Positions 8,907 through 17,134 of a stretch of 63,223 nucleotides of DNA are shown piece after piece. A model generated the notes under the pieces. That model did not search any database, was not told the origin of the DNA, and saw only the letters and a program-made list of their open reading frames with translations. Source of the stretch: an uncultured Gammaproteobacteria bacterium. GTDB taxonomy: Bacteria; Patescibacteriota; Patescibacteriia; Patescibacteriales; UBA12465. The stretch is taken from assembly GCA_964431235.1 (NCBI GenBank), contig CAYSJA010000022.1, positions 1-63,223 on the forward strand, given 5' to 3'. Made by a program: the position numbers and the translations under genes. Each line of letters opens with the position of its first letter. Positions within the stretch are counted from its first letter, which is position 1.

Positions 8907-8930
8907 ATATAATGTAAATAATTACAACAA
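8887..8930. repeat. perfect 18-bp inverted repeat (candidate operator)
   Basis: TTGTTGTAATTATTTACA (8887-8904), 8-nt spacer, TGTAAATAATTACAACAA (8913-8930). It spans the -10 box and ends 4 nt before the ATG. Confidence 0.85.
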
Positions 8931-8934
8931 CAAT

Positions 8935-9480
8935 ATGATAAGTTTAAAGTCAGAAATTATAAAAAAAATATTAGCCTATTATTTTCTTAATCCTAAGGCA
9001 AGACACTATACCAGAGAATTAGCAAACGCTTTGAAGCTTGATGCGGGGAATCTGCATCGCAAGATGTTGGAATTGGAGCAAGAAGGCTTGTTCTTGAGCG
9101 AAAGAGAGGGGAGAAATAAGTATTTTTTCTTAAATGATAAGTTTCCTTTACTTAAAGAATATAAGCGGATATTTGAAGCAAAGTTTGGAGTACCAGAAAT
9201 ACTAGCTTCAACTTTAAAGGGTATAAGTAATTTAAATGAAGCCTATATTTTTGGTTCATATGCCAAAGGTGGTTTTGCTGATGAGAGCGATATTGATCTT
9301 TTGCTTATAGGAAACTTTGACTATGACACAGTTAGTAAATTAATGCTAAAGCTAGAGAAGCGTTGGGGGAGGGAAATTAATATAGTTGATTTTTCTCTTA
9401 AAGAATATGCCGCTAGATTAAAGAAGAAAGATGATTTTTTGGAAAATGTGTTTAGTGGGGAAACTATAAAAATTATATAA
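8935..9480 (+). CDS. winged-HTH + minimal nucleotidyltransferase (MNT-type antitoxin-like)
   Basis: N-terminal wHTH HYTRELANALKLDAGNLHRKMLELEQEGLF. NTase motif YIFGSYAKGGFADESDIDLLLIG. Confidence 0.75.
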   Translation: MISLKSEIIKKILAYYFLNPKARHYTRELANALKLDAGNLHRKMLELEQEGLFLSEREGRNKYFFLNDKFPLLKEYKRIFEAKFGVPEILASTLKGISNLNEAYIFGSYAKGGFADESDIDLLLIGNFDYDTVSKLMLKLEKRWGREINIVDFSLKEYAARLKKKDDFLENVFSGETIKII

Positions 9481-9485
9481 AAAAC

Positions 9486-9884
9486 ATGTTTGAGAAGTTT
9501 GAGTATACTGAAAGGCAGGTGCATAAATATTTAGATACAGCCCATAAAGATTATAAGTTAGCAGCCAAGACTCCGGAGCCAGAGTTAGCTTTTTATGCTT
9601 GTTATAATGTGATAGTAAAAACAGGAATGGCCGTTTGTGCTCATAATAATCTGCGAATTAAGTCTCGTGCCGGACATCATATAAAATTAATAGAGAAATT
9701 AGCTAATTTACTTAAAGATGAGAACATTGAAATGGTAGCCAATAAAATGAGGTCAAAAAGAAATAGGGATTTATATACTGGAGGTGTTATAATATCAAAA
9801 AGAGAGTCTGATTATTATCTAAATTTTTGTCAGTCTTTGTTAAAAGAAGCAGATGATTATATTCTCCCTACTAAGTTATTGTAA
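9486..9884 (+). CDS. HEPN-domain protein (partner of the upstream nucleotidyltransferase)
   Basis: 132-aa all-helical protein starting 5 nt after the NTase gene. RNRDLY lies at the usual HEPN motif position, with no His there. RIKSRAGH occurs earlier. Confidence 0.6.
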   Translation: MFEKFEYTERQVHKYLDTAHKDYKLAAKTPEPELAFYACYNVIVKTGMAVCAHNNLRIKSRAGHHIKLIEKLANLLKDENIEMVANKMRSKRNRDLYTGGVIISKRESDYYLNFCQSLLKEADDYILPTKLL

Positions 9885-9932
9885 ATAAAGTTTGTTAAGA
9901 AACTCATTTATTTAAATATAGGTGAGTTTTTT
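9885..9932 (+). repeat. 45-nt terminator-like repeat, copy 2
   Basis: ATAAAGTTTGTTAAgAAACTCATTTATTTAaATATAGGTGAGTTTTTT, starting directly after the HEPN stop codon. Confidence 0.8.
9900..9932 (+). terminator. hairpin inside repeat copy 2 (possible terminator)
   Basis: AAACTCA / TGAGTTT stem followed by a T6 run. Confidence 0.45.
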
Positions 9933-10109
9933 AGACTGGTTTTATGATTGTAAACTAGACTGATTATTAGACTAGTTTAGTTAAATATTTTATTTTATAT
10001 TAAATAAAATATTAATATTATCTAATTTTTATGTTGTAAAAAATATTTTTATTCCTAATAATTTAGTTTTTTATTTGTAACCCGCTTATTTAAAAGTTGT
10101 TGTAAAATT

Positions 10110-11201
10110 TTACAATAAGGATTTTCTTATATTTTTTAAGAATTTATCAGCGGTAAATAATTCTTCGTATCTTTGTTTAGCGTTTTTACTAAATTGATCG
10201 TATAACTCTTTATTATTTAATATTTTATTTAAAGCAGATTCTATTTCTTTGGTATTTTTAGGTTGTACAGTGAAACCAGTTATGTTATTTAAACTAATTT
10301 CTTCTACAGCCGTATTAAGATAGGTATTTATTATTGGCTTGCCATAGGCTAGAGCTTGAAGTTGGACTAAGCCAAAAGCTTCGCTTCTAGCGCAAGAGAG
10401 AAAAATAAATACACTACAAGCTAGAAAATAGGGGTTTAGGCTTTCTTGCGGTTGCAATATTTCTACCTTTTCTTCTAAATTTAAAGATGCTATTAAATTT
10501 TTTAGTTTTTTTTCTTCTGGCCCAGAACCAATTACAATTAACTTAGCTTCAATATTTTTCATTACTCTGATTGCATATTCAAATCCTTTGTAGTAGACTA
10601 AGCGACCAACGCCCAAAATAATTCTTTTATTATTATTTAATTTTTTTATTTTTTTAGCCTCCGTTTCATCATTTTCTGATATTGGGAAATTAACACCAAA
10701 GGGAATAATCTCGCATTTAGCGTTATGTTTTTTTAAAAATTTAGATGACTTTATAATATTGTGGCCGCTTACTATTATTTTGTTAGCTTTTTTTAGGCTG
10801 TATTTTATAAAAGGGGAAAGAATAGTGCGGAAAAATTTTTGTCTTACTATATCTGAATGATAGAAAATTATTAGTTTATTTTTAGGAATAAAGAAAGTTA
10901 AAAAAGTAGCTAAAGGAAAGGGGTAATGTATTAGGAACTTGTCATATTTTTTTCTGATTTTAAAAAATAATTTAAAAAAATCAAAAGATAATGGCATTCC
11001 TAAAGCTTTACCAAAAGAGGCTGATTTATAGACTTTAATCTTGTTTATTTCTTCAATTCTCCTTTTTCCTTTTTTTTGACAAACTAAAACATCCATAGTT
11101 AAGTTATCACGATTATTTAATCCTTCCGCAATATTTTTGGCTACCGACTCAATGCCGCCGATGATGGGATGATATAATTTATTTATTTGGAGGAGTTTCA
11201 T
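10110..11201 (-). CDS. glycosyltransferase family 4 (GT-B)
   Basis: C-terminal SEAFGLVQLQALAYGKPII (E-x7-E region). N-terminal MKLLQINKLYHPIIGGIE. Confidence 0.8.
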   Translation of the reverse strand: MKLLQINKLYHPIIGGIESVAKNIAEGLNNRDNLTMDVLVCQKKGKRRIEEINKIKVYKSASFGKALGMPLSFDFFKLFFKIRKKYDKFLIHYPFPLATFLTFFIPKNKLIIFYHSDIVRQKFFRTILSPFIKYSLKKANKIIVSGHNIIKSSKFLKKHNAKCEIIPFGVNFPISENDETEAKKIKKLNNNKRIILGVGRLVYYKGFEYAIRVMKNIEAKLIVIGSGPEEKKLKNLIASLNLEEKVEILQPQESLNPYFLACSVFIFLSCARSEAFGLVQLQALAYGKPIINTYLNTAVEEISLNNITGFTVQPKNTKEIESALNKILNNKELYDQFSKNAKQRYEELFTADKFLKNIRKSLL

Positions 11202-12264
11202 ATTGATGAATTATGTTTGATAATTTTTCCGCCGATTTTTGCCAGCTAAATCTTTGGGCATTTAAATAACCTTTTTCGCCTAATTCTTTTTTTAAAATTT
11301 TTGATTGTATTATCCTTTTTATTTTATTTGATAATTCTTCGATGTTTTTAGGATTGAAAAAGATAGCGCTATCTCCCGCCACTTCTTTAAAAGAAGGGAT
11401 GTCAGAGCAAATAACCGGAGTTTTTAAAATGCCGGCTTCTAAGATAGGTATGCCAAAACCTTCATATAGAGAAGGAAATATTAAAATATAGGCATTGTTT
11501 ATTATTTTATATTTTTCTTTATCATTTATAAATCCGGTAAATTTTATATCAAAAGAAGAATATTTTTTTTCTAATTTTTTCATTCTTTTATCCATTTTAC
11601 CTATTATAACAAGTTTCAAATTAATATTTTCTTTTTTTAGAATATTAAGAGCTTTGAATAATGTTTCTAAATTTTTTCTTGGCCTGGCGTTTCCGATAGT
11701 AACTAAGTATTTTCTATCTTTTTCTTTTTTTTCATAGCTATTTTCTATAGTGGGAAATCCATTAGATATGATTTCTATTTTTTCCGGTTTTATTTTTAAT
11801 AGTTTAACTAGTTCATTTTTAGAAAAATTAGATACAGTTATTATTTTTAGACTTGAAAGAAGAGAGAAAAATAGATTTATTTTCCAAAATATCTTTCCCC
11901 AAAAACTAGTTTCATTTTTTAAAACAAAGGGGGCTGCATCGTGTATGGTAATTATTTTTTTAGAAAATAACCAAGGAGTTATTAAAGATGCGCAGAATAT
12001 GATATCAAATTTTTCTTTTTTTAGTATAAAAGGAAGTTTTATTTGTTGAAAAAGAAAAAGCCTTAAGCGGCTTGTTTTTTTAAATTGAATAATTCTTGTT
12101 TTGATATTTTTAGGAAGAGGAAAAAATAGTTTAGCTGATTTTTGGTTAGCAAAAATAACTATTTCATCATGTTTGTTATGTGGCCAAAATTTAAGGAGAT
12201 GGAAGAGAAAAACCTCTATACCTGACCATCTACTGTATGGTATAGCATTGATAGCGATTTTCAT
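11179..12264 (-). CDS. glycosyltransferase family 4 (GT-B)
   Basis: FPSLYEGFGIPILEAGILKTPVICSD. 23-nt overlap with the downstream GT4. Confidence 0.8.
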   Translation of the reverse strand: MKIAINAIPYSRWSGIEVFLFHLLKFWPHNKHDEIVIFANQKSAKLFFPLPKNIKTRIIQFKKTSRLRLFLFQQIKLPFILKKEKFDIIFCASLITPWLFSKKIITIHDAAPFVLKNETSFWGKIFWKINLFFSLLSSLKIITVSNFSKNELVKLLKIKPEKIEIISNGFPTIENSYEKKEKDRKYLVTIGNARPRKNLETLFKALNILKKENINLKLVIIGKMDKRMKKLEKKYSSFDIKFTGFINDKEKYKIINNAYILIFPSLYEGFGIPILEAGILKTPVICSDIPSFKEVAGDSAIFFNPKNIEELSNKIKRIIQSKILKKELGEKGYLNAQRFSWQKSAEKLSNIIHQYETPPNK

Positions 12265-12346
12265 AGATTGCTAACTTTTATATTTTTTATTTAACATCCT
12301 TTAATATTATGGTATATTATATTTTTATTTATTATTAGTGAAATTA

Positions 12347-13141
12347 TTAAATTAGTTTTTTTAAAAATAAACCAAAATATCTAAATATTTTTATTAAATA
12401 TTCAATAATAATTCCATTATGTTTTCTAAAATAATAGTTTTGGGATTTATAGTATATTTCTTTCTTTTTTGAATTAATTTTTAAACTTTGTCCGTTAAGA
12501 TGTATAAGGTTTGTTTTTAGATTTACTATAATTTTATAATTTTTTTCTTTTACCTTTTTGCATAAGTCTATATCTTCATAATATAAAAAATAATTATCAT
12601 CCCAGCCTTTAATATTTTTAAATAATTTTTGTCTTATCATTAAAGCGCAACCACTAACCCAATCGGTTTCATAGATCTTATTGTTATAGTTTATTTTTGG
12701 GTCTTTTTTTGTTCTTTGTGTTATTAGACGAATTAAAGTTGGAAATTTGCCAAAAACTTTTTTTTGATTTTCTCCATTTGGGAGTTTTAATCTCGGCGAT
12801 ATTATTCCTACTTTTTTGTCGTTTTTAAAGATATCAACACAACTGGAAAAAATATCTTTATTTACTATCGTATCGCTATTTAAGAATAAAATAAAATTTC
12901 CTTTAGCAAAAGCAGCCCCTTGATTATTGGCGCCACTAAAGCCCAAATTTATTTTATTTTTTATTAATCTTATTTTATTTCCAAATTCTTTTTCTAATTT
13001 TTCTACACTGCCATCTTTTGAGGCGTTATCTATTATAATGATTTCTTTATTTTCTGGGTTAGGTAAAGATAATATTGACTTGACGCAGTTAATTGTTAGT
13101 TGCGGTGTTTTGTAATTTATAATGATTATTGAAAATATCAT
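12347..13141 (-). CDS. glycosyltransferase family 2
   Basis: IIIINYKT...IIIDNASKDGS, then NSDT acidic motif; 264 aa. Confidence 0.8.
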   Translation of the reverse strand: MIFSIIIINYKTPQLTINCVKSILSLPNPENKEIIIIDNASKDGSVEKLEKEFGNKIRLIKNKINLGFSGANNQGAAFAKGNFILFLNSDTIVNKDIFSSCVDIFKNDKKVGIISPRLKLPNGENQKKVFGKFPTLIRLITQRTKKDPKINYNNKIYETDWVSGCALMIRQKLFKNIKGWDDNYFLYYEDIDLCKKVKEKNYKIIVNLKTNLIHLNGQSLKINSKKKEIYYKSQNYYFRKHNGIIIEYLIKIFRYFGLFLKKLI

Positions 13142-14064
13142 TATTTTATTGCTAGACGAATTTTTAAATTAAGTATTTTTTCGTATAATTTTTTGCTTAG
13201 AATCAAAGAAATAAAAAATGTAGTTATGTTTTTTAAATTCGGCTTAGTTTTAATGGCTTGAAAAAAATATTTAATGCTTTCTTTTTTTTCCCCGTTTAAT
13301 AATTGTACTGTTCCAAAGTGACGAAAATAATTTGCACGAGTGTAATTTCCTTGTTTTAGAAATAATTTTTTGTGTTTTTTTAAAAAAAGTTCATAATCTA
13401 AAATTCTTCTTTTATCTTTACTTAAGTTATCGTTATGATAGTAATATTTTAAAAGAGGTGCGTTAATAAATTTAATTTTATACCCCTTTTGGATAGTTCT
13501 AATAAAATAATCAAAATCTTCCAATATTTTTAAAGTTTCGTCTCGCTTGCCGACATCTTCTATTACTTTTTTTGGCATTATAACGCTGCTATTTGAAAAT
13601 ATATAATCTGAAGGATTATTTAAAAAATCTTCAAAATTTTGAAGTGGTTTTATTTTATGTATAATTTCCTTATTTTTATTAATTTTAATTAAGCTATAGC
13701 AAGTTACTATTCCAATATTGGGTTCGGATTCAATCAGGGCAAGTTGTTGAGCTAATTTTTTACTCATCCACTCGTCATCATGATCTAAATATGCAATATA
13801 TTGTCCAGAACATAAAGGAATGGCGTTATTTTTAGGATTAGCAGCTCCGCCTGAATTATGTTGCCAAAAATATTTTATTCTTATGTCATTTTTTTTGAAT
13901 TGTTTTACAATTTTTTTAGTGTTATCAGTAGAGCCGTCATCAATTATTATTAGTTCAAAATTTTTAAATGTTTGATTTAAAACACTTTTAATAGCTTTAC
14001 CTAAAGAGTACTCACTATTATAGGTTGGAATAATAACAGATATTTTGGGAAGCATTTTTTTCAT
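13141..14064 (-). CDS. glycosyltransferase family 2
   Basis: SVIIPTYNSEYSL...LIIIDDGSTD and YLDHDDEW. Confidence 0.8.
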   Translation of the reverse strand: MKKMLPKISVIIPTYNSEYSLGKAIKSVLNQTFKNFELIIIDDGSTDNTKKIVKQFKKNDIRIKYFWQHNSGGAANPKNNAIPLCSGQYIAYLDHDDEWMSKKLAQQLALIESEPNIGIVTCYSLIKINKNKEIIHKIKPLQNFEDFLNNPSDYIFSNSSVIMPKKVIEDVGKRDETLKILEDFDYFIRTIQKGYKIKFINAPLLKYYYHNDNLSKDKRRILDYELFLKKHKKLFLKQGNYTRANYFRHFGTVQLLNGEKKESIKYFFQAIKTKPNLKNITTFFISLILSKKLYEKILNLKIRLAIK

Positions 14065-14681
14065 AATTTTTTAACCGTAAATAATTGACAAGCATATTTT
14101 GGAAAAAAATACGTTATTGGTTTAGTAATATCGGAAAAAAATTTCCATAAATATTTTGGTTTATAAATGATAAAACCATTTTTATTTCTTATAAATTTTA
14201 AACCATTAATTCCATATACTTTAAAACCTAGTTTTTTTAATTCTTGTATTGTCCACCCTGAGAGATGTTTTTGCATTGAATTTCCATCAAATTCGGCTTG
14301 TTCAAGAAAACCATTGGGTGTAGTAATAATAATTTTTTTTATTGCAATATTATTCATTTTTTTTATTAAATTACGCCCATCTTCTTTTTTTAGGTGCTCA
14401 ATTACTTCTGAGCAAAGAACCAAGTCATATGTTTTATCTTTAATCTCTAGGTTAATTAAATTAGATTTAATATATTGAGAATGAATCGATTTTTCCTGAC
14501 TTGATTTTATATATGGAGAGAAATTATCTACACCAACTGAATATTTAACATTTGTAAATTGAATTGGTGAATTATTCCCACATCCTAGATCTAAAACACT
14601 TTTTATATTTAGGCATTCCTTTTTTAGAAAGCGATGCCAATAATTATCCGGAAATATTTTTTTATAGATTTTTTTTAACAT
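14061..14681 (-). CDS. class I SAM-dependent methyltransferase
   Basis: Motif I VLDLGCGNNSP. ATGA overlap with the downstream GT2. Confidence 0.75.
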   Translation of the reverse strand: MLKKIYKKIFPDNYWHRFLKKECLNIKSVLDLGCGNNSPIQFTNVKYSVGVDNFSPYIKSSQEKSIHSQYIKSNLINLEIKDKTYDLVLCSEVIEHLKKEDGRNLIKKMNNIAIKKIIITTPNGFLEQAEFDGNSMQKHLSGWTIQELKKLGFKVYGINGLKFIRNKNGFIIYKPKYLWKFFSDITKPITYFFPKYACQLFTVKKL

Positions 14682-14687
14682 TAGTTT

Positions 14688-15710
14688 TTATATATAAGCT
14701 AAAAGCATTAACTCATGATTTAAAGAATAGGGATTAGCTTTTTTAATGATGAATTTATATTCTGGAACAAGTTTTTCCAGCCAGGGTTTGATTTCAAAAA
14801 AATCCTGTGGATTGTGATAAATAGATATAGCTAAAGTTGGTTTATCCTTTTTTATTAAATTTTCTGCACCCAAAAGAGCATTAGTTTCTTCGCCTTCTAT
14901 ATCTATTTTTATAACATCAATATGATTTATGTTTTCTTCTTCTGCAAATCTATCAATAGTTATTATTTCTATATTTTCTTCTCCTTTGTTTTCATTTATT
15001 TTAGACATAGTACCTTTATGTGATATTTTTGTTTGAAAACATTTGTTAGAAATACCTTTTTTTATTGGCTTGATAATATTATTTCCTAAAATTTCATTAG
15101 TTTTTTTTAGTTTCCTAAAATTATAAAATTCCGGCTCAAAGGCATATATTTTTTTAGCAGAAAAATTGTAATAGAAAGATAAAGCGGAATCACCATCAAA
15201 AGCACCAATATCTAAAAATATTCCAGCTCGCAAAGATTGTTTCTTATCTTCCGGCAGCCATCTTAGTCCGCTTATTCCGTAGAAAGATTCAATTATATAA
15301 TGAGATAGATTAAATTTTCTTATTTTTTTTTGTACAGAGATTGATTCTTTATTGCTAATTTCTTGTTCTTTCCATTCTTCTTCACTAAACAGTTTCTCCT
15401 GCTCTATAAGATTATGAGTAAAAATATATTCTTGATGATGAAGGAATCTATCTATTTCTTCTTGACTTTTTTTATTAAGATTAGCTTTCAATTTTCTTAT
15501 TTTTTTTTCTTTTTCTTCTTTACTTAATTTACTTATATAATTATTAAACTGATTGGCTGTTATTTGGCTAGTTTTATCGCGAACAATATTATATGGAGAA
15601 GATATAGCTTGTTTGATACATTCGGTTCGCCAATAAAATTTTACTCTTTTTTTAAAAGGGAGAGTCTTCTTAACTATTTTTTTTATTATTTTCATTATTT
15701 TTTTCTTCAT
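14688..15710 (-). CDS. FkbM-family methyltransferase with N-terminal K/E-rich extension
   Basis: FLDIGAFDGDSALSF, AFEPEFYNFRKL, IKIDIEGEE. Confidence 0.75.
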   Translation of the reverse strand: MKKKIMKIIKKIVKKTLPFKKRVKFYWRTECIKQAISSPYNIVRDKTSQITANQFNNYISKLSKEEKEKKIRKLKANLNKKSQEEIDRFLHHQEYIFTHNLIEQEKLFSEEEWKEQEISNKESISVQKKIRKFNLSHYIIESFYGISGLRWLPEDKKQSLRAGIFLDIGAFDGDSALSFYYNFSAKKIYAFEPEFYNFRKLKKTNEILGNNIIKPIKKGISNKCFQTKISHKGTMSKINENKGEENIEIITIDRFAEEENINHIDVIKIDIEGEETNALLGAENLIKKDKPTLAISIYHNPQDFFEIKPWLEKLVPEYKFIIKKANPYSLNHELMLLAYI

Positions 15711-15747
15711 TCTTACTTAAAATATTAATATAGTATAAAAATTATTT

Positions 15748-17067
15748 TTATCTTCCATATCCCTTGAGGATAGCCGCTATCGTTTTCAAGGCAATAATTG
15801 AATCTAGAAACATAGAGCGGTTTTTAATATAGAAGAGATCGTGCTGCAGTTTTTTAAGAGTATCTTCTCTGGTGGGAGAATGATATTCTCCTGAAACTTG
15901 ATCCAATCCAGAGAGGCCTGGTTTTACTATTAATCTAATATTATAGAAAGGGACTGATTCTTCCAGCTTTTCTGCTAATTCTGGCCTTTCCGGCCGGGGA
16001 CCAATGAAACTCATTTCGCCTTTAATAATATTTATAGTCTGGGGAAGCTCGTCTAATCGGACCTTTCTTAAAAAATTGCCAAATTTGGTGATACGACAAT
16101 CTTTTTCTTCGGTTAAGCTTTGATCATTATTTTTTGTTTTCATAGTGCGGAATTTAATAATGGTAAATTTTTTACCTTGGTGCCCTAACCTTGATTGTTT
16201 GAAAAACACTGGCCCCTTGCTTTCCAATTTGGTAATAAGGGCAATAAAGGGCCAAAGAGGTAGGGTGATTAAGAAGATAAAAAAGGAAATTGACAAGTCA
16301 ATTACACGCTTTACGAATTGGAAGTAATTTCTTTTACCTTCTTTTAGGTTTTCCAAAAACCAATCAGTGCCCAGAGCCTCTACTGGAATTTTATTGGTAA
16401 TAAATTCATAAAAATCAGGATAATTCATGATGTTTATTTGGTAGGAGAGAAGAGATAATAGGAAGGGGCCAATAGTAGCTGAGCCGAAATCATCACATAG
16501 TACTATAGTTTTTATTTTTCCGGAAGCGATTTGGCGAGCTAATTCGGAAAAATCTTCCCGACTTTTTATTACCATTTCTAATTGATAGCCGGCACCGGGA
16601 TTTTTAATTAATTCAGTTTTTAGAATTTCAGTTTTTTCGTTATTACCAATTATAGCTAATCCAGTTTTAGCTTTAAGACTGCTTAAAGTTTGGAAAATGA
16701 AGCGCCAAGTATAAAATAGGACTAGGAAAATACCGATAAAAATTGCTAAGTTTGTTTTAGGAGAAATATCAGAAGAGATACTAAGATAAAAATAAATGAC
16801 AGATACTAAGCCGGCAGAAATTAAAGTATTTATAGTCTGGCGTAAAAAACGTCCACTTCTTACTCTAATATTTAAATCGTAAAGCTGGTTGATATAGAGA
16901 GAAACTATGAAGGTGAAGAATATAAAAACAAAACGCGGCCAGTGTAGGCTGAATTTAATACTGAATTCTTCGGCTCCATAACGTATATATAAAGAGAGCG
17001 CTAAAGCGCTGACAAGAGCCAGGATATCGCCAAGGAGTAAAATAGTTTTTTTCTGTCTGCTTCCCAT
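15748..17067 (-). CDS. polyprenyl-phosphate sugar phosphotransferase (WbaP/EpsL-like priming enzyme)
   Basis: C-terminal bacterial sugar-transferase domain FGNFLRKVRLDELPQTINIIKGEMSFIGPRPERPE, with N-terminal TM helices. ATG 17067 is preferred over the GTG at 17112. Confidence 0.85.
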   Translation of the reverse strand: MGSRQKKTILLLGDILALVSALALSLYIRYGAEEFSIKFSLHWPRFVFIFFTFIVSLYINQLYDLNIRVRSGRFLRQTINTLISAGLVSVIYFYLSISSDISPKTNLAIFIGIFLVLFYTWRFIFQTLSSLKAKTGLAIIGNNEKTEILKTELIKNPGAGYQLEMVIKSREDFSELARQIASGKIKTIVLCDDFGSATIGPFLLSLLSYQINIMNYPDFYEFITNKIPVEALGTDWFLENLKEGKRNYFQFVKRVIDLSISFFIFLITLPLWPFIALITKLESKGPVFFKQSRLGHQGKKFTIIKFRTMKTKNNDQSLTEEKDCRITKFGNFLRKVRLDELPQTINIIKGEMSFIGPRPERPELAEKLEESVPFYNIRLIVKPGLSGLDQVSGEYHSPTREDTLKKLQHDLFYIKNRSMFLDSIIALKTIAAILKGYGR

Positions 17068-17134
17068 AGCTAAAATATAACAGCTAGCGCTTGAAAAATC
17101 AATTAAGAGCACGCTAATTTAGGTGAAATTTTTA

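Noticed and set aside
8712-9932. The idea that the repeated 45-nt elements are integron attC sites.
   Set aside because: No intI gene or attI is present. The putative core sites (GTTAAAA, GTTAAGA) do not fit GTTRRRY. The structure looks like a simple terminator hairpin. It is kept only as a repeat of unknown significance.
9984-10013. A 12-bp AT-only inverted repeat (AATATTTTATTT / AAATAAAATATT) between the convergent HEPN and GT4 genes.
   Set aside because: It consists only of A/T in a very AT-rich spacer. Such palindromes are expected by chance, and as a hairpin it would be very weak.
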